Position numbers and translations under genes: made by a program
NCBI GenBank assembly: GCA_027320085.1
Contig: DAHVLZ010000042.1
Span: 1-64,000, forward strand
Direction: 5' to 3'
From: Pseudomonadota bacterium
Lineage (GTDB): Bacteria; Pseudomonadota; Gammaproteobacteria; JAKAQQ01
DNA length: 64,000 nucleotides
The notes under the pieces: model-generated
What the model saw: only the letters and a program-made list of their open reading frames with translations
Database searches by the model: none
Told to the model about the DNA's origin: nothing
Part shown: piece by piece, positions 31,403 to 42,743 of the stretch
Position numbering within the stretch: the stretch's first letter is position 1
Layout: the number at the start of each line of letters is the position of its first letter

Positions 31403-33643
31403 GTGCGGGAAGGTCTCCTCTGGCTCAGTTTTTCCGTGGCTGCAATTCTTTTTCTGTCTTTGCTGAGCTACAGCCCGTCTGATCCCAGTTTTACCTTCGC
31501 CGGTTCCGGGTCGCAAATCCATAACTGGATGGGTCCCTTCGGCGCCTGGACTTCTGACCTCTTGTTTTTGCTGTGGGGCTGGTCCGCCTACCTCCTGCCG
31601 GCCGGCCTGGCCGGGCTGGGGCTTCTCATCCACAAACCGCCGATCCTGCGTTCCCGGCGTGAACTCTGGCTCAGAACCGGTGGCGGAATCGTGACCGTGA
31701 TTGCCCTGAGCGGGTTTTTCTCGAACTGGCATCCGGACTCCGTGCTGCCGGCGGGGCCAGGCGGGGTCATTGGATTCGAGGTGGCGCACGGGAGCCAGGC
31801 GATCCTGAATCCTGGTGGAACCGCCCTTTTGCTCGTGGCCCTGATTCTGGCCGGGATTTCCCTGAGCACCCGCTGGTCATGGCTGGGGTTGCTGCGCTGG
31901 TTGGGGGGGGATGTCCTGAGGCGGGGGCTCCACGGTTTGTGGGCCGGGATCGCTCGTCTGGGAAGACGCTCCGAAGCGCCCCCGGCCCGGCCCCGTCCCG
32001 ACCCGCTGGGTCCTGACGAGCCGGGTGCGCCGAGGAGCGAGATCCGGATCGAGCCCACCGTCGAACGAGTGGAGCCGGGATTGCGTTTTGAAACGGAGCG
32101 GCAGCAGATCCTGTTCAGGGAGATTGGGGGGGTCGAGCGTCCGCCCCTGACGCTCCTCGATACACCGACCGAGCCCATGGGCCGCTACTCGGAACAGGCC
32201 CTTTCAAGCATGTCCCAGATTGTGGAGCTCAAGCTCAAGGATTTCGGGATTGCAGCCCGGGTCAGTGCGGTCACTCCCGGACCGGTCGTGACCCGTTTTG
32301 AACTGGAGCCGGCTCCCGGGGTCAAGGTCAGCCAGATCACCAGTCTGGTCAAGGATCTGGCTCGTGCCCTGTCGGTTGTGAGTGTACGGGTAGTCGAAAA
32401 CATTCCCGGAAAATCTGCCGTGGGACTCGAGGTGCCCAACGAGAAACGAGAAATCGTGACCCTCGGGGAAATTCTCTGTTCGCGTGCCTACGAATCGGCC
32501 TCGTCCCCCCTGACCCTGGCCCTGGGAAAGGATATCAGCGGGCAACCGGTTGTGACGGACCTCGAGCGCATGCCCCACCTGCTCATTGCCGGCACGACGG
32601 GGTCGGGAAAATCGGTGGCCCTGAACGCGATGATCCTGAGCCTGCTTTATAAATCCACACCAGAGCAGATCCGGCTGATCCTCGTCGATCCCAAAATGCT
32701 CGAGCTTTCGGTCTATCAGGGGGTGCCACACCTGATGACCCCGGTTGTGACCGACAGCAAGCAAACGGCCGGGATCCTCCGATGGGCCATCCGCGAAATG
32801 GAGCGACGTTACCAGCTCATGGCCGATCACGGCGTAAGAAGCCTGGCTGGATACAACCGGAAGGTCCATGAGCTCGCCCTGGATGCGCGTTCCCGCCCCC
32901 ATCGTCCGGGAGGGGGCTCGCCGGATTCCACGGGAACGGGAGGGGAAGCGCCGCTTCCGGAGCCCCTGCCTCATCTTGTGATGGTGGTCGATGAACTGGC
33001 GGATCTGATGCTGGTTCTCGGGAAAAAGGTGGATGAGCTCTTTGCCCGCCTGGCACAGAAGGCGAGAGCTTCCGGGATCCATCTCATCCTGGCGACGCAA
33101 CGGCCTTCGGTGGACGTCATCACCGGTCTCATCAAGGCCAATATTCCGGCCCGTATTGCCTTCCAGATCACCTCCAAGACCGATTCCCGGATCATTCTGG
33201 ACCAGAACGGGGCGGAGGCCCTGCTCGGGAATGGCGACATGCTGTTCCTGCCGCCGGGTCAGACGCTGCCCCAGCGTGTCCATGGCGCCTATGTGTCCGA
33301 TAGCGAGGTTCACCGCGTGGTCAACTGGCTCCGGCAGGCCGGGAGTCCACAGTACATCGATATGGAGATGATCCCGGAGGGCGAGGAGACTGAATCCCTC
33401 TTGATTGCCGATCCGTTGCAACCCACCCTTTTGGGAGACGCGAACGATGAGTTTTATCCGGAAGCGGTTCGCCTGGTTCTCGAGACCCGACGGGCCTCGG
33501 TCTCGATGGTGCAGCGACGCTTCAGAATCGGTTACAACCGGGCGGCCCGGCTGGTGGAACGCATGGAACAGGAAGGGCTGGTCGGGCCTCTCCAGTCCAA
33601 TGGCTTCCGGCAGGTTCTGGTCCCCTCGTCCCATGGGGAATAG
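31403..33643 (+). CDS. ftsK: DNA translocase FtsK (start uncertain)
   Basis: N-terminal TM domain; PHLLIAGTTGSGKS; DELADLM; ATQRPSVDVITG; gamma domain QRRFRIGYNRAARL. Confidence 0.95.
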   Translation: MREGLLWLSFSVAAILFLSLLSYSPSDPSFTFAGSGSQIHNWMGPFGAWTSDLLFLLWGWSAYLLPAGLAGLGLLIHKPPILRSRRELWLRTGGGIVTVIALSGFFSNWHPDSVLPAGPGGVIGFEVAHGSQAILNPGGTALLLVALILAGISLSTRWSWLGLLRWLGGDVLRRGLHGLWAGIARLGRRSEAPPARPRPDPLGPDEPGAPRSEIRIEPTVERVEPGLRFETERQQILFREIGGVERPPLTLLDTPTEPMGRYSEQALSSMSQIVELKLKDFGIAARVSAVTPGPVVTRFELEPAPGVKVSQITSLVKDLARALSVVSVRVVENIPGKSAVGLEVPNEKREIVTLGEILCSRAYESASSPLTLALGKDISGQPVVTDLERMPHLLIAGTTGSGKSVALNAMILSLLYKSTPEQIRLILVDPKMLELSVYQGVPHLMTPVVTDSKQTAGILRWAIREMERRYQLMADHGVRSLAGYNRKVHELALDARSRPHRPGGGSPDSTGTGGEAPLPEPLPHLVMVVDELADLMLVLGKKVDELFARLAQKARASGIHLILATQRPSVDVITGLIKANIPARIAFQITSKTDSRIILDQNGAEALLGNGDMLFLPPGQTLPQRVHGAYVSDSEVHRVVNWLRQAGSPQYIDMEMIPEGEETESLLIADPLQPTLLGDANDEFYPEAVRLVLETRRASVSMVQRRFRIGYNRAARLVERMEQEGLVGPLQSNGFRQVLVPSSHGE

Positions 33644-34304
33644 CCGGAAACTCCGACTCCGCACGCCCCTGTGCGGGCTCGGCGTGGCCGGCGTTGTGCT
33701 CGGCTTTTGCCTGTGCCTGCCACTTCCCGCGTGGGCGAGTGCGAGGGGGGGACGAATGTCGGTTGTGGCCCGGCTCGATGGGATCACGACCTTTGCGGCC
33801 CGGTTTTCCGAGACGGTGTCGGATCCGGCCCTCAAGACCCACCGTCATCATCGGGGACGGGTCTGGATCGAAAGACCCAACCGCTTTCGCTGGGTCTACA
33901 AGACACCCCATGCGGAGACCATCGTCTCGAACGGCCGGGCACTTTGGGTGTACGACATCGCGCTCGAGCAGGTCACCGTCCGTCCATTGTCCCGGGGTCT
34001 GGGTTCGACCCCGGCCATGCTGCTCGCGGGAACCCGGTCCCTGAACCGGCTTTTTGTGATCCGGAAGCTCGGTTTGACCGCGGGCCTGGCCTGGTACCGG
34101 TTTACCCCCCGCGCCCATCGTGGAACCTTCCGGCGCGTCGAAATCGGTTTTCAGGGGAGGACCTTGCGGGTCATGAAGTTGTGGGATCGCCTGGGTGAGG
34201 AGACCGAAATCCGGTTTTCCCATATCCGGATCAACGGGCCCGTGAGCCCCCGTCTGTTCCGGCTTCGGGTACCCTCCGGAGTCGCTGTCATCGGTCACCC
34301 CTGA
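33633..34304 (+). CDS. lolA: Outer-membrane lipoprotein chaperone LolA
   Basis: Signal peptide; RPNRFRW; WVYDIALEQVT; ftsK-lolA-rarA synteny. Confidence 0.9.
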   Translation: MGNSRKLRLRTPLCGLGVAGVVLGFCLCLPLPAWASARGGRMSVVARLDGITTFAARFSETVSDPALKTHRHHRGRVWIERPNRFRWVYKTPHAETIVSNGRALWVYDIALEQVTVRPLSRGLGSTPAMLLAGTRSLNRLFVIRKLGLTAGLAWYRFTPRAHRGTFRRVEIGFQGRTLRVMKLWDRLGEETEIRFSHIRINGPVSPRLFRLRVPSGVAVIGHP

Positions 34305-34309
34305 GGGGG

Positions 34310-35617
34310 GTGAATGTGTCGCGCCACGATGTGGTTCCCCTGTCCGAGCAGTTGCGACCCCATCGCGTCGAGGATTTCCTGGGCCAGGAACATCTGCGTG
34401 GATCCGGAGGACCCCTGTCAGCCCGGGCTGACCGGCCGAGTTCCATGGTTTTCTGGGGGCCGCCGGGGACCGGGAAAACGACGTTAGCCCGGCTTTTGGC
34501 CTCGAGATGGAAGGCGGTTTTCCTGGCTTTGTCCGCGGTCGAATCAGGAGTCCGGGATCTGCGGACGGCGGCCGAGTCGGCCCGCCGGGAGGAGACCCAG
34601 CCAACCCTCCTGTTTGTTGACGAGATCCACCGTTTTTCCAAAAACCAGCAGGACGTCCTCTTGCCTTATCTCGAGGACGGAACCTTGTTTCTCCTGGGAG
34701 CGACGACCGAGAATCCGGGATTTGCCCTGACGGGTGCCCTGCTTTCCCGTGTCCGTGTTTTCCCCCTTCACCCGCTGGAACCGGAGGCACTCGGAATCCT
34801 CTTGGAACGTGCGGAAAGTCACTGCCAGGAGAAACTGGGGCTGGCCGTCTCCTGGGGCCCGGGGGTCCGGGAGAACGCACTTCACTCAGCCCAGGGAGAT
34901 GCCCGGAAGCTCCTGCAGGGACTTGAGGCGCTGGTGGGCGGCATCGCCCCAGGCTCCGGTCGGGTCACGGTCGAATCCGGGGACTGGGAACAGGCCATGG
35001 GCCGGATCCTCCCCCGTATGGATCGGGATGGCGATTGGTTTTACGATTTATTGTCCGCCTTGCATAAGAGTATCCGCGGTTCGGATCCGGATGCTGCGCT
35101 GTACTGGCTCACCCGCTTCACTGACGCGGGGGGAGATCCGCGCGTCGTGGCACGGCGGATGGTCCGCGCCGCCTCGGAGGATATTGGCAACGCGGACCCG
35201 GCGGCACTGGGACTGGCTCTCCATGCCTGGGAGAGCTACGAACGGCTGGGAGAGCCGGAAGGATTGCTGGCACTGGCCCAAGCCGTGATTTACCTTGCGG
35301 CGGCGGAAAAGAGCACCGCGGTCTACCGGGCGTCAAGCGCCGTGCAAAACCGGATCCGTGAAACCGGGTCCCTGCCGGTCCCCTTGCACCTGCGCAATGC
35401 GCCGACTGCCTTTGCGAAAACGTTGGGTCATGGGCGCGGGTACCGCTATGACCCGAACGAACCGGGAGGGCATGCGACGGGCCAGACCTATCTCCCCGAA
35501 TCCTTGCTGGGCTCCATCTTTTATGAGCCTTCGGACCGGGGCTTTGAAAGGAGGTTGGCCGAGCGCTTGCTGAAATGGCGGGAGCAGGCGCAACCCAGGA
35601 AGGCGCCAGATGACTGA
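34310..35617 (+). CDS. rarA: Replication-associated recombination protein A (MgsA)
   Basis: WGPPGTGKTT, DEIHRF, GATTENP, SALHKSIRGSDPDA. Confidence 0.95.
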   Translation: MNVSRHDVVPLSEQLRPHRVEDFLGQEHLRGSGGPLSARADRPSSMVFWGPPGTGKTTLARLLASRWKAVFLALSAVESGVRDLRTAAESARREETQPTLLFVDEIHRFSKNQQDVLLPYLEDGTLFLLGATTENPGFALTGALLSRVRVFPLHPLEPEALGILLERAESHCQEKLGLAVSWGPGVRENALHSAQGDARKLLQGLEALVGGIAPGSGRVTVESGDWEQAMGRILPRMDRDGDWFYDLLSALHKSIRGSDPDAALYWLTRFTDAGGDPRVVARRMVRAASEDIGNADPAALGLALHAWESYERLGEPEGLLALAQAVIYLAAAEKSTAVYRASSAVQNRIRETGSLPVPLHLRNAPTAFAKTLGHGRGYRYDPNEPGGHATGQTYLPESLLGSIFYEPSDRGFERRLAERLLKWREQAQPRKAPDD

Positions 35618-35790
35618 AAGAAAACCGGCAACGCCCCAAGTGCGGCAGGAGCGACAGTCAGTGGATCTCGGGACCGTTTTCGAATGGGATGTGTCCAAGG
35701 GTCTCAGGCCACCTCGACCTGAAGCCGATGCCATCCCTGGGGAAACAGGGTATCCTGCGGGGGCTGGGCCTCATGCGAATGGGAGGCGGA

Positions 35791-36096
35791 ATGGAACGTG
35801 CGTTCAAGTCCTTTTCGGATTTCTACCGGTTCTATCTGGTCGAACACTCGGACGTGAACTGCCGCCGACTGCATTTTGCCGGCAGTGCGCTTGTCCTCTG
35901 TGACGTGGGCTGGGCAATGGTCAGCCGGGATGGCTGGTGGTTACTGCTGGCTCCCGTACTGGGTTACGGTTTCGCCTGGACCGGCCATTTTTTCTTCCAA
36001 AAAAACCGCCCCGCGACCTTCCGTTATCCGCTCTGGAGCCTGTGGGGCGACTGGCGGATGTTCTGGGACATCCTGAGAGGACATCTTTCGATCTGA
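35791..36096 (+). CDS. DUF962 / Mpo1-like membrane protein
   Basis: FYRFYLVEHS..CRRLHFAG, GYGFAWTGHFFFQKNRPATF. Confidence 0.85.
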   Translation: MERAFKSFSDFYRFYLVEHSDVNCRRLHFAGSALVLCDVGWAMVSRDGWWLLLAPVLGYGFAWTGHFFFQKNRPATFRYPLWSLWGDWRMFWDILRGHLSI

Positions 36097-36186
36097 GACG
36101 AGGGCCCAGAGCCCGGCGATCCCCCTCCGGCACCGCGACGGGGTTTGGGTAATACTAACGCGTCATTTTGCTGTCCTTGCCGACTC

Positions 36187-36747
36187 ATGCTTGGTGCTTC
36201 CCCACTCTGGTCCGGAGTTGCCCTCCTGGGACTTCTCTTGGCCGTCGGACTGCTCGCCTATGGTGCCCATCGTCTCTGGCGCCGTCGCCGGACGCCGAAA
36301 CTGGTCCAGCTTTTCCGTCCCTTGACTCCCCGGATCAGGGCGAACCTCCTTCTGCCGGATGGTCTGGGTTCGACCCTTCCGATCGATGGGGTCGTTCTTA
36401 CTGGACAGAAGTTGCATGCGATCCAGCTCTTCAGGATCGAGGGCTCGGTTTTCGGTTCCGCCAACATGAATGAATGGACGGTTCTGGGCCGAGCGGGACG
36501 ATGGACCTTTCCCAACCCGCTTCTGACCGGACCCCTGCGGATTCTGGCCCTCCAGGAACAGTTGGCGGAGCGAATCCCCGTCCAGGTGGATTACGTCTTT
36601 TGGGGTGACTGCAACTTTCCCAAGGGAAAGGAGGACGGGGTGTTCGAGCTTACCGAATATCTCGCCTCCATGCGGGGTGAGATCAGCCTGTCCGGCGAAC
36701 CACCTCAATCATGGCAGGAGGCCTGGGGTCGACTGGATCGGGTTTAG
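36187..36747 (+). CDS. Membrane-anchored NERD (nuclease-related) domain protein
   Basis: N-terminal TM; LLLPDG...IDGVVL...GSVFG...WT...FPNPL. Confidence 0.65.
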   Translation: MLGASPLWSGVALLGLLLAVGLLAYGAHRLWRRRRTPKLVQLFRPLTPRIRANLLLPDGLGSTLPIDGVVLTGQKLHAIQLFRIEGSVFGSANMNEWTVLGRAGRWTFPNPLLTGPLRILALQEQLAERIPVQVDYVFWGDCNFPKGKEDGVFELTEYLASMRGEISLSGEPPQSWQEAWGRLDRV

Positions 36748-38168
36748 CGGAAGTCACCCGTGTAGGCCGTGAGGAGATCCTGGAGACAAGCCGTCAATCG
36801 GATGGCGGTGGAGAGGTGCAGGAACTCATTCGGGCCGTGGGCGTTGGATTCCGGGCCGAGTACGCCGGTCACGAAGTATTGGGCTTCCGGATACCGGTCG
36901 GCCAGCATTTTCATAAAGGGGATGGATCCGCCGGTGCCCATCGCGAGGGCCGGCTGACCGAAATGGCGTCTCGAGGTGGCATCCAGCGCCCTTTTGAGCC
37001 AGGGAGCCGTGACCGGGGCATTCCAGCCGGGTAGGGCCGAGATGACCTTGAGTTGGACGGGAACCTGGAAAGGAGCCGGCGCGGCCAGCACCGCTTCCAG
37101 CGCGGAGACGGCCTTTGAAACCTCGAGGGTGGGAGGCAGCCGGAAGGACAGTTTGAGTGTGGTGTGGGGGCGCAGGACATTGCCCCCGATACGGGCGGGT
37201 GGAAGTCCCTCGGCACCCGTGATTTCCAATGTCGGAGCCCAGGTATTTTCAAGCAGGGCCTCTTCCGGATCTTCCGAGCGGGGACGCGTGCTCCCGGCGA
37301 AGGGGAACCGTTCCCAGACGAGGTTCTTGAGGGTCCGGGCGGCCTGCCGGATCTCAGCCTCACGATCGGAGGGAATGGTGACATGAAGCGCCTCGAGCCG
37401 GATCCGTCCATTCCGTGAATCCTCGATCCGGTCGAGGAGATTTCGGAGAATCTGGAAACTCGAAGGAACAATGCCGCCGGCCGTACCGGAATGAACGCCC
37501 TCGGTCAGGGTTTGGGTATTGAGTTCGGCGATGAGGTTGCCCCGCAAAGACGTGGTGTACCAGAGTTGCTCGTAGTTGCCGCACTCGGCGTCCAGGCAGA
37601 CGATGAGACCCGGTGTGCCCACCCGGTCTGCAAGATCTTCCAGGTAGGCGGAAAGGTCGGGGCTCCCGCTTTCCTCTGAACATTCGATCAGGGTCAGGAG
37701 ACGTGGGCAGGGAACGCCCTCGGCCTGAAGTTGGCGCAGGGTGGCGACAATCGAGAAAATGGCATATCCGTCATCCGCGCCTCCCCGGCCATAAAGCCGT
37801 CCATCTTGCAGGACCGGGGTCCAGGGGCCGAGTCCGGCTCGCCACCCATCGAACTCCGGCTGTTTGTCCAGATGGCCATAAAGAAGGACGGGCGGTTGGC
37901 TGCTCCGGCTCGGATGGGATTGGGTTTCAACCGAGAGCAGGGGAGTCGCACCGTCCCGTTCTTGGATTTCCACGGTGGCAAGATCCCGTAGCTGGGCCTG
38001 ACACCAGTCCCGGACCAGGCGAATGGCCTGATCCATATGGCCATGGGCTTTCCAGTCCGGGTCAAAGGCCGGTGAACGGTTGGGAATCCGGATGTAGTCC
38101 TCGAGGGTCGGGAGGATCGAGGTCTGCCAGAAGTGGTCGGTGGCTGCGGGGAGGGTCGGGTGGCTCAT
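36744..38168 (-). CDS. M20-family metallopeptidase
   Basis: YGHLDKQP, GRGGADDG, EESGS, AHGPNE. Confidence 0.9.
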   Translation of the reverse strand: MSHPTLPAATDHFWQTSILPTLEDYIRIPNRSPAFDPDWKAHGHMDQAIRLVRDWCQAQLRDLATVEIQERDGATPLLSVETQSHPSRSSQPPVLLYGHLDKQPEFDGWRAGLGPWTPVLQDGRLYGRGGADDGYAIFSIVATLRQLQAEGVPCPRLLTLIECSEESGSPDLSAYLEDLADRVGTPGLIVCLDAECGNYEQLWYTTSLRGNLIAELNTQTLTEGVHSGTAGGIVPSSFQILRNLLDRIEDSRNGRIRLEALHVTIPSDREAEIRQAARTLKNLVWERFPFAGSTRPRSEDPEEALLENTWAPTLEITGAEGLPPARIGGNVLRPHTTLKLSFRLPPTLEVSKAVSALEAVLAAPAPFQVPVQLKVISALPGWNAPVTAPWLKRALDATSRRHFGQPALAMGTGGSIPFMKMLADRYPEAQYFVTGVLGPESNAHGPNEFLHLSTAIRLTACLQDLLTAYTGDFR

Positions 38169-38986
38169 GAGCGAGGCATCTCCTGGAAGTCCGGCCGGGG
38201 CCGGAAAAAGTCGAGGGTGTTGGTCCTGAGCCGGATTGCGAGGTCAGCGGGATCCCGGTTCAGGTGGGTGGCGAGGAATGCGGCGATATGGGGCAGGAAA
38301 GCCGGCTCATTGCGCCGGTTCCGCGGAGGGTGGGGGAGGGTTCGGGGAAGGAGGTAGGGAGCGTCGGTTTCGATCAGGAGGCGGTCTTCTGGGATTCTGG
38401 AGAGCAGCGGCAACAGATGGCGGCCGCGCCGCTCGTCGCAGATCCAGCCGGTCAGTCCGATCCAAAGACCCATCGAGAGATAACGGTCAAGTTCTGCGGC
38501 GGTTCCGGTAAAGCAGTGGATGACGGCCTTGGGGAGGGCGGAACCGGCACTCCCGAGTATGGCCCGCATGTCCGCATGGGCATCGCGTTCATGCAGGAAG
38601 AGGGGCTTGCCGACCCGGATGGCAAGATCCACCTGCTTTTCGAAAATGCGTTGCTGCTGACCCGGTTCGGACAGGTTCCGGAAGTAATCCAGGCCGCATT
38701 CACCGATGGCCACGGCCTCCGGCCGTTCGGCGAAAGTGGTGACGGTCTCCCAGTCTCCCTCACGCATCTCTCCGGCTTCATGCGGGTGGATCCCCGAGGT
38801 GATCCAGAAGTGATCCGGGTAACGCTGGCGTAACTGTTCCCCCGCCAACACCCCGGGCCCGTTGCAGGAGGTGAGAATCATCCGTTCGACCCCGGCCTCA
38901 ATGGCCCGTGCAATGACGGCGTCCCGGTCCGGGTCGAAACGGGAATGGGTGAGGTTGGCGCCAATATCAATCCACATCCATTTCAC
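38165..38986 (-). CDS. tatD: TatD-family DNase
   Basis: DIGANL, GIHPH, GECGLD, HCFTG, ETDAPY. Confidence 0.92.
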   Translation of the reverse strand: MKWMWIDIGANLTHSRFDPDRDAVIARAIEAGVERMILTSCNGPGVLAGEQLRQRYPDHFWITSGIHPHEAGEMREGDWETVTTFAERPEAVAIGECGLDYFRNLSEPGQQQRIFEKQVDLAIRVGKPLFLHERDAHADMRAILGSAGSALPKAVIHCFTGTAAELDRYLSMGLWIGLTGWICDERRGRHLLPLLSRIPEDRLLIETDAPYLLPRTLPHPPRNRRNEPAFLPHIAAFLATHLNRDPADLAIRLRTNTLDFFRPRPDFQEMPRS

Positions 38987-39088
38987 CCGAGGTCATGTGC
39001 GCCGTCGGAACAACGCTGGCCGGATTCCGGTGAAAAGTCGGGTGGTCTCTTGGCGGGACGGCATGAGGAGAGGCGGGCGATCCGTCGC

Positions 39089-40279
39089 TTAGGCAAAGTA
39101 TTCCCGAAGACGCGTCACGGCGGCTTCCAGGATTTTTTCATCGGTGGCATAGGAGAGACGGAGATGCCCAGGTGCTCCGAATGCGGATCCGGGGACCACG
39201 GCAACCCCCGTCTGCTCGAGCAGTGCGCGGGCGAGACCCATATCGCCATCGATTTCGGGGTGTCTTGCGAGGTAGGCCCTGCAATCCGCGAAAGCATAGA
39301 AGGTCCCATCCGCCGGCTGGACCCGGATTCCGTCAATCTGGTTCAGTTGCGGAACGAGAAAGTCGTGTCGGCCATGGTAGGTTTCCACCATGTGTTCAAT
39401 CTCGGCCGGGCTCCCCCGCAAAGCGGCCTCCGCCGCGGCCTGCGCGATGGAATTCGGGTTTGAGACGGTATGCGACTGGAAATCCACCAGGCTGCGGATG
39501 AGAGTCGCAGGGCCGGCCGCGTACCCGATTCTCCAGCCGGTCATGGCATGTGACTTGGATACCCCGTTGATCACGACACAACGACCCACGAGATCCGGGC
39601 AGACCATGGGAAGATTCAGGAAGGGAAGTCCCTGCCAGAGAATTTTCTCATATAAATCATCGGAGGCAATGAGCACTTGGGGATGACGCCGGAGAATGGA
39701 ACCGATGGCCTCAAGCTGGGCCCGGGGATAGTGAATGCCGGTGGGATTGCCTGGACTGTTCAAGATCAGGAGTCGGGTCGGAGGCCTCAGCGAGGCCTCC
39801 AGGGCATCCAGATCCACCGTGTAGCGGTTTTGCGCATCGGTTGGGAGAACGAGACACCCGGCCCCGGAGAGCCGGATGATATCCGGATAGGAAACCCAGT
39901 AAGGGGCGAGGATCACGGCCCGGTCCCCGGGATTGAGCAGGCATTGGGCCAGGGCGTAAAGCGCGTATTTGGCACCGGGAGTGACCACGATTGAAGTCAC
40001 CGGATAGTCGAGACGGTTGTCCGCCCTGAATTTGGCCTGGATGGCTTCCCGGAGCGAGAGCGTGCCGGCGCTCGGCGTGTACCGGGTGAGTCCACGATCC
40101 ATGGCGTCCAGGGCGGCTTTCCGGACGAATGCCGGTGTGTCAAAATCGGGTTCACCAACCGACAGGTTCAAGATGGATCGGCCGCCCTGCTGGAGGGTGG
40201 CCGCGAGAGCGGCAATGGCCAGGGTGGGCGAAGGCTCAATCCCTTCGAGCCTTTTGGCAATGGTCACGGATGCAGTCAT
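39089..40279 (-). CDS. Class I PLP aminotransferase (aspartate aminotransferase-like)
   Basis: GEPDFDTP, SPGNPTG, SKSHAMTGWRIGY. Confidence 0.92.
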   Translation of the reverse strand: MTASVTIAKRLEGIEPSPTLAIAALAATLQQGGRSILNLSVGEPDFDTPAFVRKAALDAMDRGLTRYTPSAGTLSLREAIQAKFRADNRLDYPVTSIVVTPGAKYALYALAQCLLNPGDRAVILAPYWVSYPDIIRLSGAGCLVLPTDAQNRYTVDLDALEASLRPPTRLLILNSPGNPTGIHYPRAQLEAIGSILRRHPQVLIASDDLYEKILWQGLPFLNLPMVCPDLVGRCVVINGVSKSHAMTGWRIGYAAGPATLIRSLVDFQSHTVSNPNSIAQAAAEAALRGSPAEIEHMVETYHGRHDFLVPQLNQIDGIRVQPADGTFYAFADCRAYLARHPEIDGDMGLARALLEQTGVAVVPGSAFGAPGHLRLSYATDEKILEAAVTRLREYFA

Positions 40280-40335
40280 GGGTCTGGTGCAGAAGGCAAC
40301 GCCCGTTATCATAGGCGCAAACGGCCGGGAAAGTC

Positions 40336-42351
40336 ATGAAAGACCGATTTCAACTCGTTGCGAGTTATGCCCCCGCCGGGGATCAGCCCCGGGCGATCGA
40401 GGCCTTGACCCGGGGTCTCGAAGACGGGCTCGCCCGCCAGGTGCTCCTCGGGGTCACGGGGTCGGGCAAAACCTTCACCATTGCCAATCTCGTCCAGAAC
40501 GTCCAGCGGACCACGTTGGTCTTGGCACCCAACAAGACACTCGCGGCCCAGCTCTATGGGGAATTCAAGGGATATTTCCCGGAGAACGCGGTCGAGTATT
40601 TTGTTTCCTACTACGATTATTACCAGCCGGAAGCCTACGTCCCGCAGTCCGATACCTACATTGAGAAGGATGCCACGATCAATGACCACATCGAGCAGAT
40701 GCGACTGTCGGCCACCAAAGCCTTGCTCGAGCGGCCCGATACGCTGATCGTGGCGACGGTCTCGGCGATTTACGGTCTGGGCGACCCCGAGTCTTACCAT
40801 CGCATGGTATTGCACCTGGATGTGGGGGATCATGTGACCCAGCGCCAGGTCCTGATCCATCTGGCGGACATGCAGTATCGCCGCAACGATTATGAGCTGA
40901 TGCCGGGTTCGTTTCGGGTCCGGGGGGATCTGATCGACATCTACCCCAAGGAGTCGGAGCGGGATGCCCTGCGGGTCGAGCTTGCGGATGACGAAGTGGC
41001 ATCCCTGGCCCTGTTCGATCCCCTCACGGGGAAAACCCGGACTCGTCTGCCACGCTATACCGTCTATCCGGGCAGCCATTACGTCACGCCCAGAGACCGG
41101 ATTCTGGAGGCCTTGACGCGGATCCGGGTCGAACTGGATGAGCGCCTGCGCGAGCTCCGGGAACGTGGCCGGCTGCTCGAGGCCGAACGGCTGGAACAGC
41201 GAACCCGCTTCGACCTGGAAATGATCCAGGAGCTCGGCTATTGCACCGGAATTGAAAATTACTCGCGTCACTTGTCCGGACGGGGACTCGGGGAGCCGCC
41301 ACCCACGCTTTTTGACTATCTGCCGTCCCGGGCTCTTTTGGTCATCGATGAAAGCCATATCACCATTCCCCAGCTGGTCGGCATGTACCGGGGGGACTTT
41401 TCCCGCAAGTCGACGCTCGTGGAATACGGATTCCGCCTGCCCTCCGCCCTCGATAACCGGCCGCTCAGATTCGAGGAGTTTGAGGCCCGTGCCCTGCAGA
41501 CGGTTTATGTCACCGCGACTCCCGGTCCTTACGAGATCCGGAATGCCGATCAAGTCGTCGAACAGCTGGTCCGGCCGACGGGGCTCGTGGATCCTGCGGT
41601 CGAGATCCGGCCGGCGGTCAGCCAGGTCGATGACCTGCTTTCCGAGGTTCGTGAGTGTGCGCGTCGGGAGGACCGGGTGCTCGTGACCACCCTGACCAAG
41701 CGGATGGCCGAGGATCTGACTGAATATCTTCAGGAAAATGGAGTCCGGGTCCGGTATCTGCATTCCGACATTGATACCCTGGAACGCTCGGAACTGATCC
41801 GGGAGTTGCGCAAGGGGAGCTTTGACGTTCTCGTCGGGATCAACCTCTTGCGAGAGGGGCTGGATCTGCCCGAGGTGTCTCTGGTCGCGATTCTCGATGC
41901 GGACAAGGAAGGGTTCCTGCGTTCGGAGGGTGCCTTGATCCAGACCATCGGGCGGGCATCCCGCAATCTGTCGGGGAGGGCGATCCTTTATGCCGAGCGG
42001 ACCACGCCCTCGATGGCCCGCGCCATTCAGGAAACCGAACGCCGACGGCAACGGCAGCTCGAGTTCAATGAGCGGAACCGGATCACGCCCAAGGGAATCC
42101 AGAAGGGGATTGTCGACGCACTCGAGGCTGTGGGTGACACTGCGGTCGGTTCCTCGGGGCGACGCACGCGAAGAGGGGCCGGAACCGAAACGGCTGGACG
42201 GGGAAGCCCGGATGAACTGGCACTGGAAATCCGGAAACTGGAGAAAGAAATGCGCGAACAGGCGCGACAACTGGAGTTCGAGAAGGCAGCGGAAATCCGG
42301 GATCAGGTCATGCGGCTCAAGGAACGTTTCCTGAAACAGGCCAACCCGTGA
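40336..42351 (+). CDS. uvrB: Excinuclease ABC subunit B
   Basis: [23 protein letters not shown]-terminal UVR coiled coil. Confidence 0.97.
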   Translation: MKDRFQLVASYAPAGDQPRAIEALTRGLEDGLARQVLLGVTGSGKTFTIANLVQNVQRTTLVLAPNKTLAAQLYGEFKGYFPENAVEYFVSYYDYYQPEAYVPQSDTYIEKDATINDHIEQMRLSATKALLERPDTLIVATVSAIYGLGDPESYHRMVLHLDVGDHVTQRQVLIHLADMQYRRNDYELMPGSFRVRGDLIDIYPKESERDALRVELADDEVASLALFDPLTGKTRTRLPRYTVYPGSHYVTPRDRILEALTRIRVELDERLRELRERGRLLEAERLEQRTRFDLEMIQELGYCTGIENYSRHLSGRGLGEPPPTLFDYLPSRALLVIDESHITIPQLVGMYRGDFSRKSTLVEYGFRLPSALDNRPLRFEEFEARALQTVYVTATPGPYEIRNADQVVEQLVRPTGLVDPAVEIRPAVSQVDDLLSEVRECARREDRVLVTTLTKRMAEDLTEYLQENGVRVRYLHSDIDTLERSELIRELRKGSFDVLVGINLLREGLDLPEVSLVAILDADKEGFLRSEGALIQTIGRASRNLSGRAILYAERTTPSMARAIQETERRRQRQLEFNERNRITPKGIQKGIVDALEAVGDTAVGSSGRRTRRGAGTETAGRGSPDELALEIRKLEKEMREQARQLEFEKAAEIRDQVMRLKERFLKQANP

Positions 42352-42432
42352 GGGGGCTACGGACCACATCCCGAAAGGTGCCGGCTTGTCAGGATCCGGC
42401 TCCCTGTGGTATTTTCACCGCCCTGAATCGGA

Positions 42433-42509
42433 AGGCGCGTAGCTCAGCTGGTTAGAGCACCACCTTGACATGGTGGGGGTCGTTGGTTCGAGTCCAATCG
42501 CGCCTACCA
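42433..42509 (+). tRNA. tRNA-Val (GAC)
   Basis: AGGCGCG/CGCGCCT acceptor stem; anticodon loop TTGACAT; GGTTCGAGTCC T arm; encoded CCA. Confidence 0.96.
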
Positions 42510-42743
42510 GAACTCGAAAAAACCGATTTTTTCATCCGATCCCCCTTAGCGGTGTTTCTCCTGACCTGCGGGCCCGTCAAGTTTTGGGCTTGTCTTCTAC
42601 CTGGGCTTGCTTTGCGGTGGTGGCAGGGGCAGTTCCCTCCTGTTTCTGTGAGACCTCCACTCTGGGAGAGGCGCCTTAACCGGCAGGTCACGTTCAGGAT
42701 CCGCCGGAATGGCTTCCGAGAGTCCAGTTTGGCCCCAGAAGGC

